Assembly: GCA_030390025.1 (NCBI GenBank)
Contig: CM059440.1
Location: 58,714,001-58,778,000 of the forward strand
Source: Squalus acanthias
Lineage: Eukaryota
Length of the DNA stretch: 64,000 nt
Direction of reading: 5' to 3'
Part shown: piece after piece, positions 26,083 to 38,769 of the stretch
How the letters are laid out: each line of letters opens with the position of its first letter
Position numbering within the stretch: position 1 is the first letter of the stretch
The notes under the pieces: model-generated
Told to the model about the DNA's origin: nothing
Databases searched by the model: none
What the model saw: the letters and a program-made list of their open reading frames with translations, nothing else
Program-made: the position numbers and the translations under genes

Positions 26083-27812
26083 AAACAATGTAAATTTGAA
26101 TTCTGGGAGCCTGGAGTCTGTGAACCAACACCTGGCAATTCGGTTGTTAAAATCGGTCTTCTGCAGGCAGACGCATCGGCCCAGGAAAATCTGGTTATAA
26201 GAGTCTGTTGCCAGGTTATGGAAAATTGATTTAACAGAAGGGCGAACAGGTTCGGAATCAAAAGGAAAACATGAAATCAGCCAGTATGAATCAGCGGTGT
26301 CAGACCAGTAGGCGCAGTGTAAGTAAATGCATGAATGTCTAAGAGAAACAGATACACAATTTGTACTTAAAATGTACAGCGATCTGCTGCAGCTCAGGAC
26401 GAAGCACCTGCTTCTGAACAATCCCTTCAAAACACTTATGTCCTAGATGGTTCCTCTTTTGAAAATGTCTAAAATCCTATGGCACAATTGCATTACTTTG
26501 CTGTGAAGCATCAATTGTCAAAATGCTTGGCCATTTTACTTTGAGGTTTAATTCATTCTTTCAATAAACTAAAACAAGGACATTTCCAAACAAGGCAATT
26601 CAGATTTGAAGAATTATCGAACGGTATTAGAGAAGAAATCAGTCAACTGAGTTGCACCATTGAACAAATGCAGAGTAAAAAAGGGGGATAATTAATCCAT
26701 TTGCCTCCTTGCCTGTTGCATCAGACACTGCAGACGTACTTCTATGAAAAACAACATGACACTCGAGGATATTTTTATGAAAGGCAGGCAAAGAAATGAG
26801 GTGGGTGGAAAGCATGAGACTTCTCCCCTGCCCTCAAGATCACCACCACAACCGCTGCAAACAAGCCATCGATAACTGCACTGGCCTTAAAAACTACTGA
26901 AACAATCCAGTCTACACAGCTTTCTCAAATCACTTCTGCATACTAAAACTATTTCTGAAACACGACAATTGATTTCTACAGTGCAATCATCTAAATACAC
27001 ATTTGAAAATGTTAACTATTTGGCCTCATCAGCTCAAATGTGGAAACAACATTACTTGCAATACTGGAGAAGCGCTGGAATCAGACACAATAACACTTTG
27101 TGAAGGAGCAAAGTGTTCCTTTTATTCAAATGTTCCATTAGATAAAGTACATGCACTGATCCCATCTGGGAGTTAACAGATGCTGTATCTAAGAATTAAA
27201 CTAACTTTAAACCAGGAATGTATTAGGCTACGGAGGATACTTCTGTCCCAATAAGTGCCAAATGACTGGATCAACTGTAAAGCAACAGCAGACTGTTCTG
27301 AAAAGTCTGTTCCCTCATTAGCTAGGTTGTCCTGTACTTTGCTACTTTACTTACATTGCCAATCCCATAATCAGATGAAGAGCTCCCAAAGGTTTCAGTC
27401 ACTATTGAAAACACTGGTCTTAACTTTCAGCCCAATTCTGACTGATCAGCAGATAACAGGCCAGGAATAGGGAAGCCAGTGGCACAAATATACAGTGCAT
27501 GCTAATAAAACCCTACAATTAACTAACTGAACTAAAACAAAACTGAAAAGACTCAACGGGCCTCAAAGACCTGCTTCAGTGCTGTAACATTCCACGATGC
27601 AGATGCTTCTCCACCTGCCCCGCACCCCACGGTGTTATAATCAGCTTTTCGTCCTCCAAAGGGCTAGTTGTAAGGTGACTGGTATGTTAGGAGTCTAAAA
27701 TTCTCTCTACAATAGCCTTTTTTGATCTGCGCGGAAAGAATGAGTATGCGTGCCATTTGACCGAGGGAGACATTGTTGCTGGGTTCAAACTGGATCTCAC
27801 CCAACATCCGCA

Positions 27813-28895
27813 CACAACAACTTGCATTTAAGTAAAAGTCCCAAGAAGCGTTATCAAACAAAATTTGACACCGAGCCACGTGAGATATTAGGACAGATGA
27901 CCAACAAAAGTTTGGTCGAAGAGGTAGGTTTTAAGGAGCGCCTTAAAGGTGGAGAGAGGGGTAGAGAGCAATGTTCCCTTCATATGCAAAGTTCTCCCGT
28001 GCAGCCAGCTCACCAGCTTTTAAAAGGAAAACCGTATTTTGAATGGGCCACACACACACCCAAAAAAATTTTAAAGGGAACATTGGTAGAGTCGGAGAGG
28101 TTGAGGGAGGGAATTCCAGAGCTTTGGGCCTCGGCAGCTGAAGGCACAGCCGCCAATGGTGGAGCAAAGAAAATCGGGGATGCGCAAGAGGCTGGAATTA
28201 GAGGAGCGCAGAGATCCCAGAGGATTGTGGGGCTGGAGGAGATTACAGAGATAGGGAGGGGCGAGGCTACGGGGGGGATTTGAAAACAAGGACGAGAATT
28301 TTTAAATCGAGGTATTGCTGGACCGGGAGCCAATGTAGGTCAGTGAGCACAGGGTGAATGGGAATTGGAGAGGGTTTGGATACTGGCAGCAGAGTTTTGG
28401 ATGTACTCAAGTTTATGGAAGGTGGAAGGCCGGCCAGGAGAGCGTTGGAACAGTTGAGTCTAAAGGTAACAAAGGCACGGATGAGGGTTTCAGCAGATGA
28501 GCTGAGGCAGGGGCTGAGGCGGAGCCAGGTGACGTAACAGAGGTGGAGGTAAATGGCCTTGGTGAGGGTGGGGTCGGAAACTCAGCTCAATGTCAAAAGG
28601 ATGCCAAGGTTGCGAACAGTCTGGTTCAGCCTCAGCCAGTGGCCAGGGAGAGGGATGGAGTTGGTGGCGGGGACCGAAGACAATAACTCTGGTCTTCCCA
28701 ATATGTAGTTGGAGGAAACCTCTGCTCATCCAATACTGGATGTCGGACAAGCAGCGTGACAAATCAGAGGCAGTATAGGGATCAAGAGGGTGGTTGTGCG
28801 GTAAAGGTGGGTGTCGTTTAGCGTACATGTGAAAGTTGACGTTGTCTTTTCCGATGATGCCGCCGAGGGGCAGCATGCAGTTGGGAAATAGGGAC
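27813..28895 (-). mobile_element. L2-clade LINE 3' portion
   Basis: MLPLGGII...FHMYA, CLSDIQYWMS..FLQL.IGKT, GGCAFS..GPKLWNSLP; tail aaatgcaagttgttg. Confidence 0.85.
27969..28085. mobile_element. hAT MITE nested in L2
   Basis: TIRs caatgttccctt / aagggaacattg; TSD gtagagag / gtagagtc. Confidence 0.8.
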
Positions 28896-29564
28896 ACGTG
28901 CAACTTTCCACTCGGAGTTGCAGAATAGCCAATAGGGATGGGGCACCCCAGTTGATTTTTTTTCCTGCTCACCAGTCCAGGGATACTGAGGCTAATTGTA
29001 GTTCCCCATCCACTACAATTAGCCAATTCAGCACACGGATACAGGCCTCCCTTATCTGTATGGTTCGTACCACACCAGGCCGTACATGCATCAAATGAAC
29101 CATGGGGAAAGCTCCAACAAGCTAATTTTTTGAAGTCACTTTTTTTTTTTAATACATTGACGGGACTTCTGAGCTACTGGCAGCAGAGGCATTAAGTTTT
29201 ATTACAAGTTCAAGAACCATGTAAAAAGACAAAAACATGCCAGCTCTTTCAATTAGCCGAGAAAAAAAATTATGATGTTGAAAATGAACTTGTGTGAAAT
29301 CAATTTTGCAGCAAAATAGCCAGTACCACAGCAGCAGAAAACCAAAGAATGCAATAAAGTCACAAATTTCAAGCGGATCCATGTCACTAACTTATCAAAA
29401 CCTGTTGATGAAAGCTAGAAGTTCAAGATCACCAAGGAAAAAAAATCGCTGCTAACGATACTTCTATGGGACATGTTTTTCTGGGCCGAGAAACGGGAGC
29501 AGCGTGCAATGCAAAGCAAAAAAAACTCCAGTAAATATGTAAGCATACAATGTCATTGTTCTCA

Positions 29565-29702
<138 letters not shown>

Positions 29703-30414
29703 TCAGGACAAAACATACAGACTTTATACATGAGATTTTTTATATGGGGTAACTTTTTTCATTGAATGGCACCTTCATTTCAAAGCAATGCAACTGCTAG
29801 AGTAAAGGGGCATTCACAAAATTTGTAATTTCCACTACAATTTTTTTTAAATATAAAAATGCACCTTCCACTGCAGAAAAAAAATTGCTTCAGGATCTTG
29901 GAACCAGTCAGGGAGAGTTCCAGACTGCCCAAAGTCACAACTGGACACTTGGGAAAGCAGTCAGAGCTCGAACCTTACTCCCTGCGGCTGAAGAGACAGG
30001 CCTCTGCCACTCTGAGCTAATGACCGCAGTCACACCACAACCCGTATTTCTGGTTTGTTGCTCACTCCTGGAGATCTCTCTAGCCTCTGCTTGGTGCCTC
30101 TTCAGATCATTTCCAAGACTGGAAAGTCAGCAACACAAGTCAAGCATGTGTTCCCGATTATGGAGCTGCTAGCTAGTGTATTAAGAAATGATAAATGCAT
30201 CAAGGCAGTAATGACTTATTTCTGGTTTCATCTAACATTGAGTGTACAGTTACCTTTTAAAATGAGTTTTCACCACAATAGTGCCACCTTGAAGTCACAC
30301 CTCAAACTAAGAAAATTCAACCTTAGGAATAATGATTGTAGGATTTAGCTGCCCGATGAGAGTAAAACAGACAAGGCCGATACTGATTTACTAATTATGT
30401 GCTTGGATTAAGTA

Positions 30415-30820
30415 AATGAACTTGCATTTATACAGCGCTTTTCACGACCTCGGGACATCCTAAAGCACTTTAGAGCCAATGACGTACTTTTGAAGTGTAG
30501 TCACTGTTGAAAACCTGGCAGCCAAGGTCTCACAAATAGCAATGATTGACCAGATAATGTTTTAAACATTGCCCAGGACACCGGAGAAAACCACCTGCTC
30601 TTCTTCGAATAAATCTTTTATGTCCACCTGAGGGAGCAGACGGGGCCTCGGTTTAATGTCTCATCCAGTCAGACGCGACACCTTCGACAGTGCAGCACTC
30701 TCTCAGTGCTGCGCTAGGAGTGTCAGCCTAGATTTTGTGCTCAAGTCTCTGGAGTGGGACTTGAACCCACAACCTGCTGACTCAGAGAGGTGAGCGCTAC
30801 CACTGAGCCACAGCTGACAG
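30415..30820 (-). mobile_element. Near full-length Deu-type tRNA-derived SINE (SacSINE1-like)
   Basis: Minus-strand head tggctcagtggtagcgc...ggttcaagtccc (A and B boxes), central ggggcctcggtttaa domain, L2-like tail. Confidence 0.8.
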
Positions 30821-32191
30821 CTAAGTACTGTGATAGGTCCCACACTGTCTAGCACAGGAATAGCATAACCAGTACTACTCTACAGCTAAGTTGAGACAGT
30901 TTGGAATGTGACCCCGAAGCAACTTAACACAATGTGTATTTTTCCTGTGATCAGCATTTTGATAGAAACAGCAAATTATATTTATGATGCCTCATCCAGA
31001 GATGAAATATGTCTGTATGTCAGAAATCTAGAGGGATGAGTTTCAACAATGAGCCGAACGTCATCTTTTCATCCCTGGCTATTCCGTTGTTCTTAAATCA
31101 AAGGCAGTTTACACCTATACGTAAAGCAAGCTACTCGAAAAGTATGAAATGAAAGGCCTGTGTAGACGATAATAGAAATCACATATACTGTCAGCAGCCG
31201 GTGTGACATGTCATCAGAATGCAGCAGAAAAGGCTACCTCTTTATACGAGCGCACAATATTTAGAATTCAACAGATGGAAATAAATGCACTCCATCCACA
31301 GGGCACTGCCCTTGGGAGCCAGGCACTCCTTGCAAATCCAGGAAGAGTGCTGTAACGAACATCCATAGCAAAGCATAAACACAAGAGATGGAAAAGCCAG
31401 GTGCTGTAATGGAGCCTTAAAATGGGGGAGGCTTGAGTGATATATTTTTGTTTTGCTTTTTAAAACAAATATTTCCAAACTGAAACCATTTATTTTCTTT
31501 GATCTGGAAAGCTTGTAGTGAAACTACAGATTCAATTGTAGAAAAGGAATGTGAGTAAAATTAGATATTTAATTCCGGAGGGGTTACGAGCTGAAAACAT
31601 GTTGACTTGCTCTTCCTTTTAAATTGAGTATATGAGCTCTCCCACCACAGCTTGCCACCCATTTCTTTTGGGTTTTCACACTTTATAAAGCATTTTGGAA
31701 TGTTTTCTACTTTAAAGGTGTTACATAATTTGTCATTTATCTTACTGCTATTCGTGGAAATTTGCTGTGCGCAAATTGCCTGCCACATTTTTCTACAAGC
31801 AACGACAAAAGTTCTCCATTGGCTGTAATGCGCTTTGGGTTGTTCCGAGGTGGTGAAAGGGGTTTTAGAAATGCAACTTCTTTTTCTAGAGAGGCAAAGT
31901 TGTCCTGTTGCATTCTGGACCACCGGTATCCCAAGTTTTAATATTCTGTCCTTCTCAGTTCTATCCCTGAAAAACTCTTCATTTTTCTCCACTATTCCGA
32001 CTGTTGCCACAGCTTCTTTCCACTTTCTACACATTTTCAATGTCATGATAGTCAGCCCAGGAACAGGAATACCTGCTCGTCGATCAGAGACCCTCAGCGA
32101 GTTTATCCGGTGACTGAGTCGCGTGACCAGGAAGATCCCAGGTTTGATCCCCAGTTTATCGTGGGCTAACTAATCATAGCCAGGTGGTGGT

Positions 32192-32346
32192 CAATGTTCC
32201 CTGTAGGCTGCACTATGTTTATATCAATGTTGCTTTAAATTTCTGCGCATGCGCGGTATTTTCAATGTAAACGTTTGTGAGCGGCCTGCGCGGGACCTGC
32301 AGATTACTGCGCGGCCGCGCATGCGCACAGCTCAGAGGGAGCATCG
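32192..32346. mobile_element. hAT MITE nested in a SINE
   Basis: TIRs caatgttccct / agggagcatcg; perfect 8-bp TSD gtggtggt at 32184-32191 and 32347-32354. Confidence 0.85.
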
Positions 32347-32834
32347 GTGGTGGTTTAATGCGTACAATTTAGCTTCAATAAAAACTTAGGTTAGGGATGG
32401 GAAAATTGATCATGGCTACAAGCATACAAGTGTGGATGTTGGGAGTGAGGAACGATCAAGCTAGCTTGTGATACTCACTGTGACTGAGCAGCTTGCCAAC
32501 TCTCTCAAGAATGGTTTCTTGCACGAGGCACTGGAGAGCAACCGGTGCCGTAGAACTACTCCAGTTTAAGTCAGTACTTTTGGAAGGGAACGAGACGTGG
32601 AGTGTTCGGGAGGGGGGGTGACAGCTTTATTTTCAACTTTCCATCAGTAAAATGTATGCTAGTTACAGAAATGGCCATTTAACTTAACGGCCAGGAGGTG
32701 GCCCGGAGGGTCTACCCGCCTTTCTTCCTCCACATTCGCGGGTGACGGGAGCCTTCTCCTTTTTACCAGATCTTCCAAGCTACCCTCACCCTGCTGTAAC
32801 CGTTTACACCGCCTCTGTACCTATCTTTTGTTCC

Positions 32835-33845
32835 TATATTTGTCTCACTTTCCCCTCCATTTGCCTTTCACCATCACTTTTGTCATTCAATCACGCCTGC
32901 CCTCCAACTTATCAGACCTCTCCCTTTTGTTCTTTTCCTGTCCCTTTTTCCCTGGCTCTGTACTTGCTTAAAAGCTGTCATGATGCGGAGATGCCAGGCG
33001 TTGGACTGGGGTGGACAAAAATGAGAAGTCGCACAACACCAGGTTATAGTCCAACAGATTTATTTAAAATTACAAGCTTTCGGAGCTATCGCCCCTTCCT
33101 CAGGTAAGGTTACAATGAGTGAATCTACAAAAGTTCACAGAATATAAACACAGAAACTGCAGATACAATCTTTCAGGGAAGGTGTCCTTACATCAAAGAC
33201 ACAATACCAAGAGCACAGCCAAGACAATGAGATGTGTCCCAGGGGGTCCAACGTGTCAAATCCTGCTGTCTGCAGTGTTTTTTTTTGTGGGTTTTTTTGT
33301 GTTTGTTTTTTAAAAACTGGAAAGACAGAAAACGATGTCAAGTCAAGTCATGTTCTGTAGCGTGACATGAACCCGATATCCCTATTAGGGATATCGGGTT
33401 CATGTCACGCTACAGAACATGACTTGACTTGACATCGTTTTCTGTCTTTCCAGTTTTTAAAAAACAAACACACACAAAAAAAAACACTGCAGACAGCAGG
33501 ATTTGACACGTTGGACCCCCTGGGACACATCTCATTGTCTTGGCTGTGCTCTTGGTATGTCTTTGATGTAAGGACACCTTCCCTGAAAGATTGTATCTCT
33601 GCAGTTTCTGTGTTTATATTCTGTGAACTTTTGTAGATTCACTCATTGTAACCTTACCTGAGGAAGGGGCGATCGCTCCGAAAGCTTGTAATTTTAAATA
33701 AATCTGTTGGACTATAACCTGGTGTTGTGCGACTTCTCATTTTTGCTTAAAAGCTGTTCCATCTCTGAACATCTTTCAGTTATGATGGAAGGTCATCGAC
33801 CTGAAACGTTAATTCTGTTTCTCTCCACAGATGCTGCCTGACCTT
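32835..33845 (+). mobile_element. Penelope-derived element hosting the large palindromic insertion
   Basis: Pyrimidine-rich body at 32835-32978 resumes at 33758 with ggtcatcgacctgaaacgttaattctgtttctctccacagatgctgcctgacct, as in the 17671 element. Confidence 0.65.
32979..33745. mobile_element. Large fold-back insertion with Penelope-like termini
   Basis: Arms 33016-33384 and 33386-33745 with a 1-nt spacer; TSD ttgcttaaaagctgt at 32964-32978 and 33743-33757; CTGAGGA...GAAAGCTT core in each arm. Confidence 0.88.
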
Positions 33846-34514
33846 TGCAGAATTTTCTAAGTTTAAAAAAAAAATACAAATTAGCTTGGCTGAGCTGGGT
33901 CCCTCTTCCAATTTTGACTAGAGGAACAACGTGACAAGATATGCATGAAAATGCAGGCCAATGATCAATGGTGACTGAAAAAACCATCACACTCAAGTTT
34001 TTTTAAAACCATGTTTTGGAAAGCGAATTCTGTGATACCATCTAAGTTTCCACAAAAACCATAAATCAATCCTCTTGCAAATGGAAATGCATTAAATAAG
34101 TGGCCTCAGAAGAGTTGAAGCCCATTAGATTTAACTTAGGATCTGCAGCCTAGTGACAACGGAGGGACATTAGAAGGACAGGGTTGAATACAAATCTAAT
34201 TTCCCCCCACATTAATAAGAGGTGATATTTAGAAAAAATATTTGCATCAATAGCCCTTTCAAATTATATACCGAGCACGAGAAAAAATTAGAATACCATA
34301 TTTTTGCAAACTACAGCCAGACATAATTTGAATAAGAAAGCCAGCTGGCTGCATAATTCTTTATGGGGGGGTGGGGGAGGGGGGATATATCAGTGAATAT
34401 GGGGAGCAGCATATTGTTCCCAAGAGCTGGTAATGACACCACCAACACAACCCAGGCTGCAAAGAGCACCCTCAACAAACACGGTATTTTTTGATATCTT
34501 GAAAGAATCCAAAC

Positions 34515-34623
34515 CAACGTTTCCTCTAAGCCGCGCGGCCCTCTGCTTTTCTGATGTTAAATTCCGCGCATGAGCGAAACTGTGAATGGGCCGCACACCC
34601 AAAACAAAATTAGGGGGAACAAG
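34515..34623. mobile_element. hAT MITE, degenerate copy
   Basis: caacgtttcctctaa / ttagggggaacaag; internal cgcgcatg..gaatgggccgcac as in the 59666 copy; TSD not evident. Confidence 0.6.
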
Positions 34624-36605
34624 CTCCTCTCATCAGCCACTTTCGATTGCAAACACGCCATTACATGCCACATTCTCTGGTTGTAAATTTATAGTCCAGA
34701 AAAAATACACTGTTTGTAGATGGATTTTTAAAAAAATACTATTTTAAGTCTGTATCCATCAGATATACTCTCCACTTCTCAGATTGTTGCAGCTATGGTG
34801 ATTAGACTATACAGTACATAGAAATAACTGTTTCCATGGTACTTCAGCATGGTCTACTACATGAATTAGAATATTTCATGAGTTTGGACATGTCCATGCA
34901 ACAGCAACTTTCTAGCTCCAGCTAAGCATGAGACTCTCATCAACTTCCCACTCCAAATATACCATAAGATCTTATGCAACTATAGATTTACAACTGATCA
35001 AAGAACATTAGAAATAGGAGCAGGAGTAGGCCATTTGGCCCTTCAAGCCTGCTCCGCCATTCATTAAGATCATGGCTGATCATCTACCTCATCTCCACTT
35101 TCCTGCACTATTCCCCATATCCCTCCATTCCCTTAATATCCAAAAATCTATCGCTCTCCGTCTTGAATATACTGAATGACTGAGCCTCCACAGCCCTCTG
35201 GGGTAGAGAATTCCAAAGATTCACCACCCTCTGAGTGAAGAAATTTCTCATTTCAGTCCTAAATGGCCAACCCCTTATTCAGAGACTGTGACCACGGTTC
35301 TCGACTCCCCAGCCAGGGAAAACATCCTCCCTGTATCTACCCTGTCAAGCCCTGTAAGAATTTTGTATGTTTCAATGAGATCACTTATCATTCTTCTAAA
35401 TTCGAGAGAATATAGGCCTAGTCTCCTCATAGGACAATCCCCCCATCCCAGGAATCAGTCTAGTGAACCTTCGTTGCACTCCCTCTATGGCAAGTATATC
35501 CTTCCTTAGGCAAGGAGACCAAAACTGTACACAATACTCCAGGTGTGGTCTCACCAGGGCCCTATATAATTGCAGTAAGACGTCTTTACTCTTATACTCA
35601 AATCCTCTTGCAATAAAGGCCAACATACCATTTACTTTCCTAATTGCTTGCTGTACCTGCATGTTAACTTTCAGTAATTTGTGTACAAGGACACCCAGGT
35701 CCCTCTGAACACCAACATTTCCCAATCTCTCACCATTTAAAAAATACTCTGCTTTTCTATTTTTCCTACCAAAGTGGATAACTTGACATTTCTCCACATT
35801 ATATTCCATTTGCCATGTTCTTGTCCACTCACTTAGCCTGTCTATATCCCCTTGAAGCCTCCTTGCATCCTCCTCACAACTTACATTCCCACCCAACTTT
35901 GTATCATCAGCAAACTTGGATATATTACATTTGGTCCCCTCATCCAAATCATTGATGCAGATTGTGAATAGCTAAGGCCCAAGCACTAATCCTTATTTTA
36001 CCCCACTAGTTACAGCCTGCCAACCCGAAAATGACCTGCTTATTCCTACTCTGTTTTCTGTCCGTTAACCAATCCTCAATCCATGCTAGTATATTAGCCC
36101 CAATCCCATGAGCCCTAATTTTGTTCAATAACCTCTTTTGTGGCACCTTATCGAATGCCTTCTGAAAATCCAAATACACCACATCCACTGATTCCCCCTT
36201 ATCTATTCTGCTAAGTTACCTCAAAAAACTCCAACAGATTCGTCAAACATGATTTCCCTTTCATAAATCCGTGTTGACTCTGCCCAATCCTATTATTATT
36301 TTCTAAGTGCCCTGTTATCACGTCCTTAATAGTTTCTAGCATTTTCCCTACTACTGATGTCAGGCTAACTGGTATGTAGTTCCCCGTATTCGCTCTCCCT
36401 CCTTTCTTAAATAGTGGGGTTACATTTGCCACCTTCCAATTCGCGGGAACCGTTCTAGAATCTATGGAATTTTGGAAAGTGACAACCAATGCATCTACTA
36501 TCTCTATAGCCACCTCTTTCAAAACCCTAGGATGTAGGCCATCAGGTCCAGGAGATTTATCGGGTTTCAGTCCCATTAATTTCTCCAGTACTTTTTTTTT
36601 TACTA

Positions 36606-37397
36606 CAGGAAACTCTCGTTTAAACGGCACCTAAATATCCGGAATTCTCTATTAACCGGCAAAATTCAGGAGCAGGTTCAGGTAAGTTTTACTGTATATT
36701 AGTGGCTGTGTAACTGGGGTTCCTGCACCTGTGGCCGTGTAACTGGGGTTCCTGCACCTGTGGCCGTGTAACCGGGGCTCCTGCACCTGTGGCCGTGTAA
36801 CCGGGGCTCCTGCACCTGTGGCCGTGTAACCGGGGCTCCTGCACCTGTGGCCGTGTAACCGGGGCTCCTGCACCTGTGGCCGTGTAACCGGGGCTCCTGC
36901 ACCTGTGGCCGTGTAACCGGGGCTCCTGCACCTGTGGCCGTGTAACCGGGGCTCCTGCACCTGTGGCCGTGTAACCGGGGCTCCTGCACCTGTGGCCGTG
37001 TAACCGGGGCTCCTGCACCTGTGGCCGTGTAACCGGGGCTCCTGCACCTGTGGCCGTGTAACCGGGGCTCCTGCACCTGTGGCCGTGTAACCGGGGCTCC
37101 TGCACCTGTGGCCGTGTAACCGGGGCTCCTGCACCTGTGGCCGTGTAACCGGGGCTCCTGGATCTGTGGCCGTGTAACAGGGACTCCTGGATCTGTGGCC
37201 GTGTAACCGGGGTTCCTGCACCTGTGGCCGTGTAACCGGGACTCCTGGATCTGTGGCCGTGTAACCGGGGTTCCTGCACCTGTGGCCGTGTAACGGGGCT
37301 CTCGTACCTTGGTAGGTATACATCTCCGTTATCCGGAATTTTTAATAAACCGGCACCATCCTGGTCCCGTACGTGCCGGATACCAAAGAGTTTCCTG
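36606..37397. mobile_element. Tc1/mariner (pogo/Tigger-like) MITE
   Basis: TIRs CAGGAAACTCT(N8)CGGCAC at both ends, TA duplicated at 36604-36605 and 37398-37399. Removing it rejoins the CR1 ORF (LKEISIS-KKKVLEKL). Confidence 0.88.
36702..37300. repeat. 29-bp minisatellite, about 20.5 copies
   Basis: Unit GTGGCCGTGTAACCGGGGCTCCTGCACCT; central units identical, edge units variant. Confidence 0.97.
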
Positions 37398-38769
37398 TAA
37401 TACTAATTTCTTTCAGTTCCTCGTTCTCGCTAAAGCCTTGGTTCACCACTATTTCCGGGAAGTTTTTGGCGTCTTTTTCCGTGAAGACAGATACAAAGTA
37501 TTTGTTTAATTTCTCTCCCATTTCCTTATTCTCCATTATAATTTCTCCTGTCTCAGCCTGTAAGGGACCTACATTTACTTTCACTAATCTTTTCCTTTTT
37601 ACATACCTATAGAAGCTTTTACAGTCTGTTTTTATGTCTCTCACTAGTTTACTCTCATATTCTATTTTCCCTTTCTTTATCAATTTCTTGGTCCTCCTTT
37701 GCTGAATTCTAAAATCCTCCCAATCCTCAGGCTTACTACTCCTTTTGGCAACATTATAAGCCTCTTCCTTTGATCTAATACTATCTTTAACTTCTCTTGT
37801 TTGCCACGGTTGGACCACTTTTCCTGTGGGGTTTTTATGCCTTAAAGGAATATATACTTGTTGTAAATTATGTATCCATTCTTTAAATGCTAGCCATTGC
37901 TTGTCTACCATCATACCTTTCAATGTAGTTTCCCAATCTACCTTAGCCAACTCGCCCCGCATACCTACGTAGTTTGCTTTGTTTAGATTTAAGACCCTAG
38001 TTTCGGATTTAACTGAATCACTTTCAAACTCAATATAAAATTCTATCATATTATGGTCACTCTTCCCTAAAGGCCCCTTTACTACAAGGTTATTAATTAA
38101 CCCTTTCTCATTGCACAATACCAGATCTAAAATAGCCTGTTCCCTAGTTGGTTCCTCAACATACTGATCTAGAAAACTATCTTGCATACATTCCATGAAT
38201 TCGTCCTCCACACTATTGCTGCAAATTTGGTTTGCCCAGTCTATATGCAGATTAAAGTTCCCAATGATTACTGTATTACCCTGGTTACATGCGCCTCTAA
38301 TTTCCTGATTTATACTCTGCCCTACATTAGAACTACTGTTTGGGGGCCTATAAACAACTCCCACCAATGTTTTCTGCCCCTTGCTGTTTCTTAGCTCCAC
38401 CCAAACGGATTCTACTTCTTGATTTTCAGAGCCAAGATCCTTTCTCTCTATTGTCTTTCTCCTATCCTTTATCAGGGCTACCCCTCCTCCTTTTCCATTT
38501 TTCCTATCTTTTCTAAAGTTAAGTATCCTGGAATCTAGAGCGTGTTCAGTGGGCCTTTGACACTTTGCCAACCAAATGTAGGAAGAGCAAAGTGGCAATG
38601 TTTCACTTCAGCAGCATACCTGAGAATGAAACGCTCTCCACTAAGAAAATCAGCGCACGAGCGTCACTCAATGCACAGACTAATAGATTCTGACCGCAAT
38701 GCCTTTCGGTAGGAGTCTGAAATTATTTGAAGTGCAAGAAAGTATACACCGTGACTGATGTCAGTGGTG

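Larger units (their letters stand above)
35002..38533 (-). mobile_element. Long CR1 LINE (APE endonuclease and RT), 5'-truncated, frameshifted, interrupted by a MITE
   Basis: GVVYRPPNS, IIGNFN, LDLVL, LGKSDHNMI (APE); KSPGPDGLHPRVLKE, LDFQKAFDKV, KFADDTK (RT); 3' UTR. Confidence 0.95.

Noticed and set aside
30755-30815. tRNA gene
   Set aside because: The A and B boxes belong to a SINE head that continues into SINE body
36702-37300. CRISPR-like array of 29-bp repeats
   Set aside because: Units are head-to-tail with no unique spacers, and the context is a vertebrate intron
36652-37323. Three long repetitive ORFs (125-223 aa)
   Set aside because: Translations of the stop-free 29-bp minisatellite inside a MITE
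37342-38598. 418-aa ORF as an intact gene
   Set aside because: Fragment of a truncated, frameshifted CR1 ORF2; both ends of the ORF run into non-LINE sequence
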